NCBI RefSeq assembly: GCF_001194135.2
Contig: NC_068984.1
Span: forward strand, 92,424,064 to 92,488,063
Source: Octopus bimaculoides
Lineage: Eukaryota
DNA: 64,000 nucleotides
Reading direction: 5' to 3'
The position numbers and the translations under genes are program-made. The notes below the pieces were generated by a model that ran no database searches, had not been told where the DNA came from, and saw only the letters and a program-made list of their open reading frames with translations. This document shows, in pieces, positions 37,417-51,444 of this stretch (positions within the stretch are counted from its first letter, which is position 1; the number at the start of each line of letters is the position of its first letter).

Positions 37417-37523
37417 CTTTTGCAGGATTAAACACACCATTTGTCTGTTCATTGCATACAAAACAACGTTGGGATTTCTTGTAACGTGTTAATGCACATT
37501 TCTCACAAAAGTAGTGTTTACAT
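37417..37523 (-). CDS. RNF113A: RNF113A exon, C-half of RING ([35 protein letters not shown])
   Basis: ttgtag| acceptor, |gtatga donor; 107 nt, phase 2 to 1; HYFCE.CAL...[14 protein letters not shown] matches the RNF113 RING. Confidence 0.97.
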
Positions 37524-38537
37524 CTACAAAAGAATTATTATTTTTAACAAACTAAAACAAATATTAAAGAGAACATTTTATAACAGTAATAAAATTAATG
37601 ATAATAACTATGTTGACAATAATAAGAGAGGAGGGTGGTGGTAGTGGTGATGATGAGGAACTTTTAAGCATTTTATCAGAAACCTATGATTTAATAATAT
37701 ATTCAGCACTAGCTTAGTTAAATAAGCAAAGTTAAATAATATCAGTTTTACTCAGTAGTAAGATAAGTGATATCTAGAAATTTCCTACATATTTAGTACA
37801 AGTAGAATTATTTGAAAAAGTTTTAGTTTTGATAAATAAGAACTTATCAAACTAAAACAATATTGAAAAGAATTGTCTAATGGGTCAGATTTTTATATTT
37901 TTACCATATTTATATTCGATTACAAAATAAAACTTAAGAAGCTACTTTTATATTCAAATTACATATTCATGTATTGAATATCAGTACTATGCAACAATTG
38001 ATCACATATGCAAGAATACATTTAATTTATGAATATATAATGAAAGTATCAATCTGATAAATTATAAAGCAAAAGAGTTTGAGTTAAGTGGATAAACAGA
38101 GAAGACACTAAAATAATAGCAACATGGAACCAAATTATTTCAAGAATTGCAGACACCCTCATAATAATTGTTAGTTACAATGATCAAAATGTGTAAAAAT
38201 ATACATTTTTCTTGTTTCAAAATTAAATCAATGCAAAACTGATCACATCATATTCAACATTTTAATTATTTTCCCTTTAAAAAAAATTCATAACAATTTT
38301 TTAAAATTATTTTCCAAAAGAGAGGAGGGTGGTGGTAGTGGTGATTTTCATAACATAACATAACAATTAAAGATTTCAAAGCTGAATATGTAAGTTGTAG
38401 AAAGTTTTAAAATACATTAGTAAAAAGATATAGAGTTGCGTGAATAAACTAACTATTAAAACAAGAATAGAATCCAAAACGGAATTTATAAAGGAAGTAA
38501 ACCAATTGAGCAAATTAAAAAAAGAATTAAAATGTGT

Positions 38538-38568
<31 letters not shown>

Positions 38569-39559
38569 GTAGAAATCTACGGATGCGAAAACACACAAAA
38601 CGGAGAGAATAAAACAAATATGGACAACTTGTTCAGAAACACCCGCGAGTGGGGAACAGTTCTCAAAAATAGCCCCAATTGTTTTTCCCCAAAAATTCCT
38701 ATGTCCTCAGAATCTACATAGTCCAAGGTATACTTGTAGAGAATTTCATTAAAATATATCCATTTTCTTGAAAGTTAAGATGAATTGAAGTGGACTTTGG
38801 TNNNNNNNNNNNNNNNNNNNNNNNNNNNNNNNNNNNNNNNNNNNNNNNNNNNNNNNNNNNNNNNNNNNNNNNNNNNNNNNNNNNNNNNNNNNNNNNNNNN
38901 NNNNNNNNNNNNNNNNNNNNNNNNNNNNNNNNNNNNNNNNNNNNNNNNNNNNNNNNNNNNNNNNNNNNNNNNNNNNNNNNNNNNNNNNNNNNNNNNNNNN
39001 NNNNNNNNNNNNNNNNNNNNNNNNNNNNNNNNNNNNNNNNNNNNNNNNNNNNNNNNNNNNNNNNNNNNNNNNNNNNNNNNNNNNNNNNNNNNNNNNNNNN
39101 NNNNNNNNNNNNNNNNNNNNNNNNNNNNNNNNNNNNNNNNNNNNNNNNNNNNNNNNNNNNNNNNNNNNNNNNNNNNNNNNNNNNNNNNNNNNNNNNNNNN
39201 NNNNNNNNNNNNNNNNNNNNNNNNNNNNNNNNNNNNNNNNNNNNNNNNNNNNTGGGTGAAAGATATTTATATAAAATTTCATTTAAAAAAAAAACATTTT
39301 CCTAAAAGTTATGAGGGAAAACTTGGATCTTGTGAATTTTCTGAAGTCCACCCCCCATTGATTTCCACATATTTTTTTTTATATTCTTTTTCTACACATT
39401 TTTTTAATGTCCATTGCACTATTTTTTTTATTGTAAACATTAACCAAATTTTGAATAACAAAAATTAAATATCACAAGGGGGCATCAGGATTTTAGAAAT
39501 GATTCGATGGGGCAAAATACAGTTGGGAATCACAGCTGCAGAGTGTCAAACTGGTAGTG

Positions 39560-39760
39560 GAACTTGAGGCAATCCGGCACCCCTAAACAAAGGAGAATGA
39601 CTCAGTAGTGATATACATATGGAAGATCCTGGAAGGTCCAGCTCCCAACTTTGGAATTGAAAGCTATACCAACCAATGACCTATTCTCCAACTAGAATAA
39701 GGACCCAGTTCTGTAACAGCTTGGGTCTCAAGGGCCCACAACCTCAGAGATTTGCAAGGT
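39560..39760 (+). mobile_element. CR1/L2-like LINE 3' fragment
   Basis: VVIYIWKILEGPAPNFGIESYTN and IRTQFCNSLGLKGPQ. Confidence 0.55.
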
Positions 39761-39799
39761 GTTGAAACAAACAAAAGAATACATATATATATGTATGAT

Positions 39800-42700
39800 G
39801 TTTGAAGGTGCTGTGTGCTATACACCCTTCAGGCAAGAGGGTAGCAGCATTTCCAGATGATGCTACTGCTAGAGATGCTTTTCTTTGGAGTCTCACTGCA
39901 GATAAAAGAAGGTTAATTATAAAAGTTTTACCAGTACCTCCAAGTGCATCCAAGAAGAAAATCCCTCCATTGTTGTTGTTGATGTCATTAAGGACTTTCT
40001 GATATACTTGCTGATGGTCTTGGTTCAACAGGAGCTCATTGTTTTGAACACATTGCTGCAGTTCTTCTATGTTGTATCCTGTTTCTCTAAAAATTGATTT
40101 GTCCTGTTTCTCTGTTTGGCTTTGGCAGACCAAAATTGCTGAGATCTCTGAGTCAAGTTCATCACTTTGTCTTCAATTTTACAGAGAGCCAAATTTGCAA
40201 TCTGAGGATTCAATTCCAATCCTGGATGAGCAAGTCTCATTTGATGAAGAATATCCCATTGAGAGCCTCCTGATATTTTTCCCAAAGAGTAACTGGGTTG
40301 GATAGTTTGCAGGAGGCAATCACTACTGCAAACAGATCTCTGATTTGTTTTGGAGAATTTGTTGCAATTGTTTCCAGAGTCATGTCCCAATGATCATCTT
40401 CCGTAAGGCCAAGCTCGATACATACTTGTCTGTAAATCTCTTTGACAACTCCATCAATTGTTCTCAAGTCTTGAAATGATGTTGGGCCACTCATGTGATG
40501 AAGCAACAGTCTGAGAAAGAAGCATTCAGGATTTCTTGGATGGACTGTATATACTCTTCCAAGTAAATCTCCCATTTTGATTCCAGATTCAGTTGGATGA
40601 GGTTCTCCATGCTTTCTCCTCTGAAATTTTCCAGCCTTGTAGATGTAGTATTTGTAAACTTCAGGGTACAGGATTGTTCTAAGGAGTTTCAGTCAGTTCT
40701 CTTGCATTTTCTTCTGTGAAGTAAACTCTTTGTCCATTTTCCAAGTGAACTGACAGTGCTGAACTGAAGGACTTTGGTCATGAATTGGAAAGCTAANNNN
40801 NNNNNNTCTCCCATTTTGATTCCAGATTCAGTTGGATGAGGTTCTCCATGCTTTCTCCTCTGAAATTTTCCAGCCTTGTAGATGTAGTATTTGTAAACTT
40901 CAGGGTACAGGATTGTTCTAAGGAGTTTCAGTCAGTTCTCTTGCATTTTCTTCTGTGAAGTAAACTCTTTGTCCATTTTCCAAGTGAACTGACAGTGCTG
41001 AACTGAAGGACTTTGGTCATGAATTGGAAAGCTAAGGATCCTCCAAGCAGCCTCATTGGAAGAGATGTATAAGCCAATTTGAAGTTTTGGAACTTCATTT
41101 TAATTTTCCAAACCAAATAGTGCTTGGTCACTTCCATTGTTAATGTATTTACATACATATTTAGTTGACTAGATACTGTTGCAGTACTCTACATTTATGT
41201 GAGCACCAAATGCTTTGCTGAGCAGTGGGCAAAAAAAGAACCTACTGATTGTTAGTGACAATTTCTTGTCCTATTTTATTCAGAGTGAAAGTGTGCCCTC
41301 CATCCTCTGGCTTTCTTCTTTTGTATTTTGGATAGCCATCAAGATCAGACTGTGTCTCTTTGGTAAACTCCTTTGGAAAGTCTTTACTGTGTTTTTTGCC
41401 AATCATGCAAGGAGATTCAGCCTTGAGAGAACCATATGGGCCATGAATCATATTGTCTTTGGATCTTCAGTGAGATTTGACAGCTCAGCACTGATGATAG
41501 CATCAATTTGATTTGGATTGATTTTCTCCTTGAACCAAACCAATAGGCAATCCTCTTTTCTGCCACTCAATGGTGCACATGTGAGCCCTGACTACTCCAA
41601 AAACTTGTCCTTTCCTAATTAGATTCAACAGTTTGTCAACTTTCAGCTTAAATACTCGAGAAATGTTATGACTGTTAGTAACAGATTGACCTTCTCTGAA
41701 ATTGTTAGTTATTTCATGCCAAAATGGGTTGCAGGTAAAGGTAATGAAGAGGTCAGGCTTCCCAAAATTCTGACATATGTAATTCTATCTTGAGTCTTCT
41801 CATGCATGTACCTATCACCTCCTATAAATGATGATGGAAGAATGTAGCTTTCTGCTTGAAGTTCTTGTTGGTGGCATGTGATAAAGAGCAACCTCTCTGT
41901 TTCGATTTTTGCATACATATCAACCAAGAACTGGTTGAAGAGCTGCTTGTATCTCAGTAGGTGACTGAAGTTGTTGGCTCTTCACATGATTCTGTAGCAA
42001 CAGAAGTCTTGTGCTGAAACTGTTTCCTGTAGTTTCCCCAGTTTCAGGATCAATCTGTTTCAGAAGGAAGTGATAGCCATCCTACCCTTTCCAGAAAATA
42101 AGTGGATACTGGAGAGCATCATTAACTCCTGTGTATTTCAGCAACTTTCCTTGGGATCCATTTTGTTTCTCTGTCACTATGTTTCTTATCTCGAAGTTCT
42201 GACCTGCAATAAGTACTGCTACTTCATTAGTAGATGGTGCATCGGATCTTCTTTCATGCTCTCCAACAGGTGTCTTACCAGCTCTAATGATTAATCTCAA
42301 GTTCTCCAGTCCATCTCTCCAGAGAGCAGATTTGAATTCTTGAACATATGGATTTGTTTGGTGAAGAAATTCCTGTAAGTTAAGAATTGTGCTTAGTTTC
42401 AAATTCCAAAAAAAGATTTGGAGAAACTTCTGGGATTCATTTGGCAGAGGCTTGCAGACTACCAATCCGATGGTATACTTGTCCTTGGATTCTGAATGTG
42501 GTTTGCCATCCAGACAGAGTTGCATCATTTGCTCCAAAAGAACTCATTGCAAATGCATTGTTGTAAGCTCTAATCTTCTTCAAGAAATCCTGGGACTCAT
42601 GGGTGGATCCAGCCAACAATGACTTGAGTGCTTCTGGTAGAGTTGGAAAGTCCTGGAGTTAGATCTTTCCATTGGAGCAACAGAGGCCTTGGGATTTATC

Positions 42701-44108
42701 CTTGAACTGCAATGCTCCACAATAGTTGCATTCTTTGTTTAGCTCTCAAACAATCATGATAGGTAGGGAAGAGTAGCCTTGATTGGTTTCATATTGAAAA
42801 GCAAGTTTGTCAAGTTGGACAGCATTCTGTCTTGATCTTCTTTACTGTACAACATTGGAAGCTCTCCTGGTTAGATTGCTCTAGTGATTTTGAATCCCTT
42901 ATTCTTCTCATGTTGGCTACATTGGAAGCTCTCCTCGATTCAGCTTGTTCAGGTGTTTCTGATGCCCTTTCTCTCCTCTTGGTAAGAACATTTGATGCTC
43001 TCCTGGATGCTGCTTCGTCTGGAGTTTGAGAGTCTCTAAGTCTTTGCATATTCTCAGCATTGGGTGTTCTGGATGCTGCATTTTCAGGTGTTTCTGATGC
43101 CCTTTCTCTCCTTTTGGTAACAGCATCTTATGCTCTTCTGGATGCAGCTTGTTCAGGAGCTTGCGAGTCCCTAAGTCTTTGAATATTCTCAGCAATGGAG
43201 GTTCTCCTGGCTGTCATTTGATCTGGGTTTTCATTTGCATGAAACTTTCTTTTCTTCGTTGCAACCTTGGCTCTTTTGATTGCAATCTGGTCCTCTGTTG
43301 GTGGAGATTTCTTTCTGTGAGACATACTGCTGCCTTATGCAATAGGCAACAATAAACTACAGATGAACTCAAAATTGATCACTGCATTCAAGTATTGCAT
43401 TAATATCCACGCTTACCTTTTAAAAGTTCAACGATAATTCTTCTGCCACCACTTAACTTAAAGACAATTTGATGTACATAGGTCCTTACTTTTCGTACAA
43501 ACAATTATTTCTATTTTATGGGTGGCTTTTGCTGGATTTTGCAATTAATTTGGATTATTCCCCGATTTATTTCCAAGTTACAAAAATCATGTAAAAAAAA
43601 AATCGCTGGAAACAATCACAGTAATGAAAACTTGGGAATTCAAAATTTCAGGAGTGTGGTTCTGGATTTTGGCCCAGAATGCTTTTTATTTACTCATGGA
43701 TTTGGCCTTTACATTATCAAAATTGTTATAGTACAAAAAAATTTTTCAGAAGAAATCACGTAAAAAAAAAAAAAAAAATCACTGGAAACAATTGCTGGAT
43801 TTTGCAATTAATTTTGATTATTCCTTAAATTTATTTCCAAGTTATAAAAGTTGTTATTGTATGAAAAAATTTGTCGCAAAAAAATCACATTAAGAAATCG
43901 CCAAAAACAATCACAGTAATGAAAACTTGGGAATTCAAAATTTCAGGAGTGTGGTTCTNNNNNNNNNNTATCAGGATTGCGGGTCTGAAGTCAGCCTGGA
44001 ATGTTTTTAATTTAGTCACAGAGTTGGCCTAATACCAAAATGGTATGATATGTTAGGAGCAAAGTTGAAAAAATGTGACACACTGACATTTGCATTTATT
44101 ATTAGAGA
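39800..44108 (-). mobile_element. Helitron RepHel pseudogene, 5' terminus intact, truncated inside the PIF1 helicase
   Basis: A|TCTCTAATAATAAATGC 5' end at 44108; C..CGAL.FK....LCC zinc module; IRAYNNAFAMSSFG, QGQVYHRIGSL, LQYPLIF, PDLFITFTCNP, EWQKRGLP (HUH histidines deleted), MIHGPYG, FFLRLLL, FFLDALGGTGKTF, AVASSGNAATLL..AHSTFK. Confidence 0.93.
43530..43958. repeat. About 265-bp imperfect tandem duplication in the Helitron 5' subterminal region
   Basis: gctggattttgcaattaatt and aaacaatcacagtaatgaaaacttgggaattcaaaatttcaggagtgtggttct each occur twice. Confidence 0.8.
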
Positions 44109-44112
44109 TATA

Positions 44113-45379
44113 TTGGGTCATTCTATAAAGAATGCTGTTTTTTTTTATACTTCTTTTATTTTTCCAAATTAAGATAAAGTTCTTTTTTACTCTAAAATAT
44201 ACTCTCTTTCATTTTCTACAATGTTCTTCCATCTATTTAGTAGACTTACAGGGGCCCTCTTCCAAAATTCACTTCTCTGTGACAAAAAATACTCCTCCAG
44301 TGTTCTGGCCTCGTCTACAACATTCATATTTTTTCCATCCAAATGATTTTGATAAATGATATTTAGATGGGACAATGTCTGGCAAGTATGGTGGGTGGGG
44401 CATCGTTTCCCATTCAAACTGCTCCAGCCTTTGGAATGTCATCCTTGCTGTATGGGGCCGAGCATTATCCTGATGGAAGAACACCTTTCGTCATGAAACC
44501 AAGGATGGTCATTTTTCTTCTAGTGCTGACCTAAGCTGCTCAAGCTACTCACAGCAGATCTCTTTTGTTATCGTTTGATTTGCACTTAAAAGTTCAAAGT
44601 GGACTAAACCTTTCATATCCCACCAAACAGATAACAACACCTTACATAGGTGAAGACCTTCTTTAGCCTGGGGTGCTGATGTTTCTCCTTTCCCTACCCA
44701 CTATCTTCGGCACCAGACATTTTTATAGAAGACCCATTTCTCATCACCAGTCACTATTTGGTCCAAAAATGGTTCATTTGATAGATATGACAGTAAAGAA
44801 GAGCACACATTCACTGTCTGCATACAATTAGACTTGAAAGGTTTGTGAGGAACCCATTGACCCAATTTGCTGACTTTTCTGATGGCACGCAGGTGTTGAT
44901 GAATGGTTAAATGACCAAATCCAAGCTTCTCTGCTAGTTCCTCAACAGTTACGATGGATTTTGTTCCACCAGGGTTTGCAGAATGCCTTCATTGAGCTCT
45001 ACAGATCTTCCAGGACAAAGCTTGTCTTCTAAGCTGTAGTTTCCAGCTCGGAATTTCTGGAACCACCGTTGAAACTAGCTTACACTTATTGCCCAAGCCC
45101 CATATACTGCATTAATATTCTTCGCACTTTCCGTTGCATTGTTGCCTTTATTGAACTCATAAAGCAAAATATGCCAAATACGCTCCTTTGTCACTTCCAT
45201 TATAGCTTTGATAAAATAACTATTAAAATCGAACTGCACTCTTCAAGCACTAAAAATAAACACAAGGTAAAATTACTACCAGCTTTTATAGCAAGTTGAT
45301 GCAGGTAGTTTATCCCGTCCTCCTCCAACTTTTAGTTCATGTGATTGAAAAAAACCACACTATTTGTGGGATAACTTAA
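44113..45379 (-). mobile_element. Mariner pseudogene (full length, decayed)
   Basis: Degenerate TIRs ttgggtcattctataaagaatgc / actatttgtgggataacttaa; MEVTKERIWHILLYEFNKGNNATESAKNI; FHQDNARPHTA..PHPPYLPDIVPSKY. Confidence 0.85.
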
Positions 45380-45387
45380 TGCATATA

Positions 45388-45552
45388 TACAACAGACTTC
45401 TTTCAGTTTCCATCTACCAAATCCACTCACAAGGCTTTGGTTGGCCCAAGGCTACAGTAGAAGACACTAGCCAAGGATGCCATACAGTAGGACTGAACCT
45501 GGAACCATGTGGTTACAAAGCAAGCTTTTTATCACATAGCTACGCCTGCACC
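45388..45552 (-). mobile_element. 5' half of the common tRNA-derived SINE
   Basis: Reverse complement of the head of the 57056 copy. Confidence 0.8.
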
Positions 45553-46109
45553 AATGTGTGTGTGTGTGTGTGTGTGTGTGTTATGCATGTATACTGATGA
45601 GGAAACAAATCTTTATTCAGCACAACAATCATTTTGACCCATTCTGCAGTTGTCTCTTAGGGGTAGGATATTGTGCATCTAGTTGTGTTGCATCAATCAG
45701 TGCAGGTTGTGTCACTTCAGGTGCTTAGTGTAAAAAAAAAAGATATCCCATGAGATATACTGAATTCTCTCTTGTTGTACATAGGTACACTGACAGAGGT
45801 GTACATGTGAGCATGTCAGCCAAACCAACCTCCTAACAAGCAGTCATCTGTGGAATCTGCTACACAGCAGGGTACAAGATGACAGTCTGCCACCAATACC
45901 AGCATCTTGATAGTTATAACCACAGTAAATGACAGTCACTTGGTGATATGAGTTTGTGTGAATGTCTATAAATGTGTTCCTGTCAAAGAGTGTATACCCA
46001 TTCTTCTTAATTTTAACTTTCTTCTCTATGATCTTAATTTATGTTATATAATCAGTCAACTATAGCCAGTCCCATTTGTGGGCTACAGCTCCAAAATTAT
46101 TCTACCCTG

Positions 46110-46552
46110 TGTCAGTGGCACATAAAAAGCACCCTTCAAACATTGGGTAGTATGCTGTGCTTGAGAAGACCCATCAAGCCAAGTGAAATCATACTCTTGG
46201 CCAATGCTAGTGTAGCGTAACTGGCACCCACGCCAGTGGAACATAGAAAGCACCCTTCAAATGTTGGGCCTCAAGAAAGCGGTGACAAGTGACTGAGACC
46301 TTTGGTGATATACTGTGCTTGAGAAGACCTGTCAAGCTAAGTGAGATGTAGTTGTGGTAAATGCTGGTGTTACGCGACTGGCACATAAAAAGCACCCACT
46401 ACACTTTTGGAGTGGTTGGCATTAGGAAGGGCATCCAGCCATAGAAACTGTACTAAATTAGATTGGAACCTGGTGCAGCTCCCCAGCTTTCAGTCAAACC
46501 ATCCAACCCATTGCAGCATAGAAAACGGACGTTAAATGATGATGATGATGAT
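46110..46552 (+). mobile_element. 3' UTR/tail fragment of the RTE-like LINE family, ending in (GAT)n
   Basis: ggcacataaaaagcaccc..gagtggttggcattaggaagggcatccagc..ggacgttaaatgatgatgat, shared with 34260-34480. Confidence 0.75.
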
Positions 46553-46946
46553 GTATCTTCTCAGCAACATCTCACCAAGTAAGTGATTCAAGTTGTCACA
46601 AAGATGTCTGTTTATGAACAAAAGTAGGCTCCAAAGCTGAAACAAATGAACAGGTGGTTAAATCTAGTGAGAAAAGCAGTATAACATCACATGATAAAGC
46701 CTGAAGATAATGTCAGGTGTACTGTTTGTTCCTCACTATGTCCATATCTAATTATTTACACAGAATTAGAATCTGCCAAAATGAAGCAGGTAAATCTTGT
46801 CATCACTACAGTGAGCTTGCATTATGTGCTACACATGAACTGTGATTTAATATAAGTTGGTTAAGCATTTGATTGATTACTGCCATGCCATGCATCTGCT
46901 TGTGTAGAAATAGAGCTATTCAACAAAACTAGACTATATTTACTTA

Positions 46947-47114
<168 letters not shown>

Positions 47115-47379
47115 TTATTTCACAACAGATTTTGACAAAATGAGTATGTCATAAGTGATATATTTTCCCATGAGAAAGTTGCCATCAAATACGATACAAT
47201 AATTTTATTCCATTCATATTGTTTAGTCAAAAACAAGTAAAATATAGAGCAATAAGACTTGTCCATTGGCCCAAAGAACTGTTCTTTCAGCAACAGTTAA
47301 AGGAAATCAACCTTATATTTCTGATACTGGCCAAATTTTCACCTTTGAGAAATATACAATCGCAACTACATCTCTTCTT

Positions 47380-48235
47380 TTCTTAACATCTCTTATTTTA
47401 TGCACCATGCTTACCTCTCACTCCCCAATCCCGTCCTCATGGTCCTGTTCACTGTATTATTGCTATCCGGTAGCCCACCCCACCTCCTCTGTATTCCCAG
47501 GTTTTCACCACTGCATTTCTCTCCCTCACTCTCTACACACGCTTCCTTGGCAATGTCCTGCCATTTATATAATTGCCATGATCTCTCTTTTGCTCTTCCA
47601 TTCTATTTGTATTCTGATTCCCATCCCTTGTGAGTATGCCTGGCACTTTGCCACCATCTCCTTCCTGCTCTCTTGCTGTCTCCCATGCTCTCTCTCTCTC
47701 CTTCTGCTCTTCCCTCAGGCTGGGTAACCAAGTATCTCCTTTACAGCAACACACCTGTTTCTGTCCTCATTCTTGATCACTCTCTCTCTCTCTCTCTCTC
47801 TGGCCAGGTAACCATGTACCTCCTCTACAGCAAGACACCTGTTTCTGTCTCTCTGTCTCACTCTAACCTTTCATCATCTGAAACAAGATCATCTCCTCCA
47901 ATGCCATTTCCCCTCTCAAAGAATCTTTATCTCGCAAGTTACTTGGTGACCCTACCAGTACTGATGCCACATAAAAAGCATCCCGTCCACATTGTAAAGT
48001 GATTGGCATTTGGAAGGGCATTCAGCTGTAAAAACCTTGCCAAAACTGACCTCGTCTATACTGGTGCCATGCAAAAAGCACTCAGTCCACTCAGCTGGGT
48101 GGTTGGTGTTAGGAAGGGCATCCAGCTGTAAAAACCCTGCCAAAACAGACAGAAGTCTGGTGCAGGCTCCTGCCTGCCCAGCTCCGGTCAAACTGTCCAG
48201 CATGGAAGACAGACATTAAATGATGATGATGATGA
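47380..48235 (+). mobile_element. Longer 3' UTR/tail fragment of the same RTE-like family
   Basis: Pyrimidine-rich segment, agcaagacacctgtttc, ttggtgac..aaaagca..ggaagggcatccagc and (GAT)n tail, parallel to 33850-34480. Confidence 0.75.
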
Positions 48236-48709
48236 ATTATGGCTATTCTAATGCAGAACCCACAGTGTTTGTCAATACCAATTTCACTATAAATGATGGC
48301 AACACAAGCAGTGGTCAGCTTTACAAGAGCATGAAAACAATGAAGCCATTCATTAATGCAGATAATTTAGTTATACAGCACTAACAGAAGAGGGAAGGAG
48401 CAATAGTATACCATACCTAGACTAAATTCAAATCAGCCATAGTCCTGCTACATAAAATAAAAATTCTTAGTAGAGCTTATATTTTCTACTTATTCTAGAT
48501 AACTCAGTTCTGAATTAAATTCTAGGTATTCTAGAAAACTCAGTTCCAAATTAAATTTTGATATCAATACCTATTCAGCTATTTTATGAATTTCACATAA
48601 TATGATTTTAATAGTTTCATGTTTTTATATGATAGCATAAATTTAAAACAATTTTCTCATTCTAACTTCTACATTTCAGTCTAAGTTTTTGGGCTAGTTA
48701 TTAAGAACT

Positions 48710-49340
48710 TGCTGGGCTGTCAGATAAATTCATTTTTTCCCCCCATTTATTTTGATCTTTATTTTTCATCAACTATTTTAACAAATCAGTCAATAATATA
48801 TTCTCTTTCATTGTTCAGAACTTTTTGCCAATTTTCCACTAGTTAGTCAATTGAAGGTAGAAATCACTAGGCCTTGACTTGAAGAATTCATCAAGCCACA
48901 TTTTCAGCTCCATGTTGTTGATCAAAACACCTTTCAGACTGCTGGACAGTAACTGAAAAAGGTAATAATCTGAAGAAGCTATATTAGAAGATTACAGTGG
49001 GTGCAGTAGAACTTCCTAAACATGCTCTTGAATAGTGTTTTGGTCAAATTAGCAGTAGGAGCAGGGCACTGAGGAAGTACACCATGTTGCCACTCATGTC
49101 ATTTCAGCTTGAATACATCATTGAGCTAGTGCATTTGCTGAATATAAAGCTCTGCGTTGACGGTGTGGTTGTTTTCAAGTATTTCCTGATGGATTAGCTC
49201 TTCCCAATCCCACCAAAAGCAAATCATTGTCTTGCATGAGTGCAGCTCTCGCTTGGTTCAAGGTGTCGCTTGATTATTGGGACTCAGCCATTCTCTCCTT
49301 TGCAAGCAAACTGGCAAGAATAGAGGATAACTGGAGTTCA
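48710..49340 (-). mobile_element. Mariner C-terminal half fragment
   Basis: KTMICFWWDWEELIHQEILENNHTVNAELYIQQM; decayed SSDYYLF; TIR-like gggctgtcagataaattc. Confidence 0.65.
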
Positions 49341-49825
49341 TCTCTTTATTTAGTATATATGGCACCATCACTGAATCTTTTAACCTTACCTATCATGTGA
49401 AGGTAATGTATGAGCCAATTCCTTAGTGGATTGGTGCAATACTCATGGATGAGCTCATTTAATCAATCCTCATTGAACTCTACAGGTTGGCTGGAATACT
49501 AAGGTCAAATTTCCTCTCCAACTACGAAAGCAATTTCTGTGCATCTCTTTCAGTAATAATGCCTTCTCATTACATATCACAAATGTCATAATCTTATTTG
49601 AAAGCAAAAAGAAGGTGTCAAAAATGCCCATTTTCTTTTCGTATTTAGCACTCCATTACCATGTCTGAAAAGAGGTAAAATTTAATCAAAAATGGTAAAC
49701 AAAAGTTGTAGAGGAAGAATAGAACTACAAAAAAAAGCTCCATACAACACTATGATAAAAGTATTTTATGTGTTAATTCCAATAATATTGAAAAGAAATG
49801 AATGGATTTATGTGACAACCCAATA

Positions 49826-51118
49826 CAATGGGGTACTCAAAAGTAACTAGAAATGTTCTCTGTGGGGCAAACCAGTTGTAATTCAGACTTCTGCTGCTAG
49901 AAGTGACTTGATGTAACCCTCAAGCATCAGTCTGCCAACTGGCAGCAGCATCTGAAGTTGTACTGCCATGTGGTACAGCATTGTTTTGTAGTGCTTCTCC
50001 CCTGTTTGTCAATGTTTGCAATGGCTGAAATGAAGGAACAGCATGCTTCCAGGAAATTCTATTTTCTACTTGGGCAAATGGCAGCCAAAACAATTGTCAT
50101 GCTTCAAACAGCTTACAAGGATACTGCCATGAGCAAAACACAAGTTTACAAGTGGTTTTCACGGTTTAGGAGTGGTCACTTGTTGCTTGAAGATCAACCT
50201 CATTCAGGATAACTCTTGACTCCTGAACAAATGAAAACATCATAAAAATTCATGAACTGATCTTGGAGGATTGTCACCAAACAATTGACAAGCTTGTTGA
50301 TATGATTGGTGTATCATGGAACTCCTACCAATGAATTTTGAGAAAGGAGTTAAAAATTAAAAAAGTTGCAGCAAAATTTGTGACTCATTTGCTCACAAAA
50401 AATCAAAAGCAGTCACAACTGAATGTGTGTCATGAACTGAAAGAACAGTTAGAAGTTGATAAGAACTTTTTTCAAAGGTAATCACTGGTGATGAAAGCCG
50501 GAAACAAAGCAACAATCAAGTCAATGGAAGAGTTCAATGTCACCACACCCCAAAAAAGTGTGTTGAGTGAAGTCCAATGTCAAGACAATGCTGATTTGTT
50601 TCATCAATGCAAAAGGAAGTGTCCACACAGAATTTGTTTTTTCCTGGTCAAACTGTTAACCAGACATTTTACTCGAAAGTTCTGAAGCATGAGACACAGT
50701 GAGACAAAAACGTCCTGGCCTGTGGCAAAGTGGAGAGTGTTGGATTCATCACGACAATGTGCCTGCGCACACCCCCTTTAGGGTGAGACAGTCTTAACCA
50801 AAAATGGCATGACTCTGCTTACCCACCCTCCCTATTCACCTGATCTTGCTCCTAGCAACTTTTTTGTCACCCCAAATGAAGAAAGTCCTTAAAGGAAAAC
50901 ATTTCACAGATGTGGAAAAAATGAAAAATATGATAGAAGCATTAAAAGGCATCACTTTGCAAGAGTTCCAGGACTGCTTTGAACAGTGGAAAACACATCT
51001 GGACCAATGCATTGCTTTAAATGAAGAATACTTTGAAGGCGATAAAAGTGTAAACATGTAAAACTAAGTGAATAAAATTAATATTGCGAAATTCCTGTTT
51101 CTTTTGGGTACCCCCTCG
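49826..51118 (+). mobile_element. Mariner pseudogene (irritans/Hsmar2-like), about 1.29 kb
   Basis: TIRs caatggggtactcaaaag / cttttgggtaccccctcg; MAEMKEQH..KFYFLLG..TIVMLQTAYKD..QVYKWFSRF; ITGDE; HHDNVPAH; HPPYSPDLAP. Confidence 0.9.
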
Positions 51119-51282
51119 CATTTACATTCTTAACATTATTCATTCTATCTACCCTCATAAAAATTCCTTTCAATTTTTAACATCTCAATCACTATCTTAG
51201 ACCAATGTTAACCATCCATTTGGTCTTATCAATCATCCCAGTATTCTGTTTTTACTTATATTTGTATAGAGCATCATATTTA

Positions 51283-51444
<162 letters not shown>

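Noticed and set aside
39690-39730. Hairpin plus CTAG-T on the minus strand as the Helitron 3' end
   Set aside because: The sequence reads as a CR1-like coding remnant on the plus strand, and the helicase is truncated before it.
40565-41037. Exact approximately 230-bp tandem duplication inside the Helitron
   Set aside because: The copies flank a 10-N gap (40797-40806), typical of an unmerged contig overlap.
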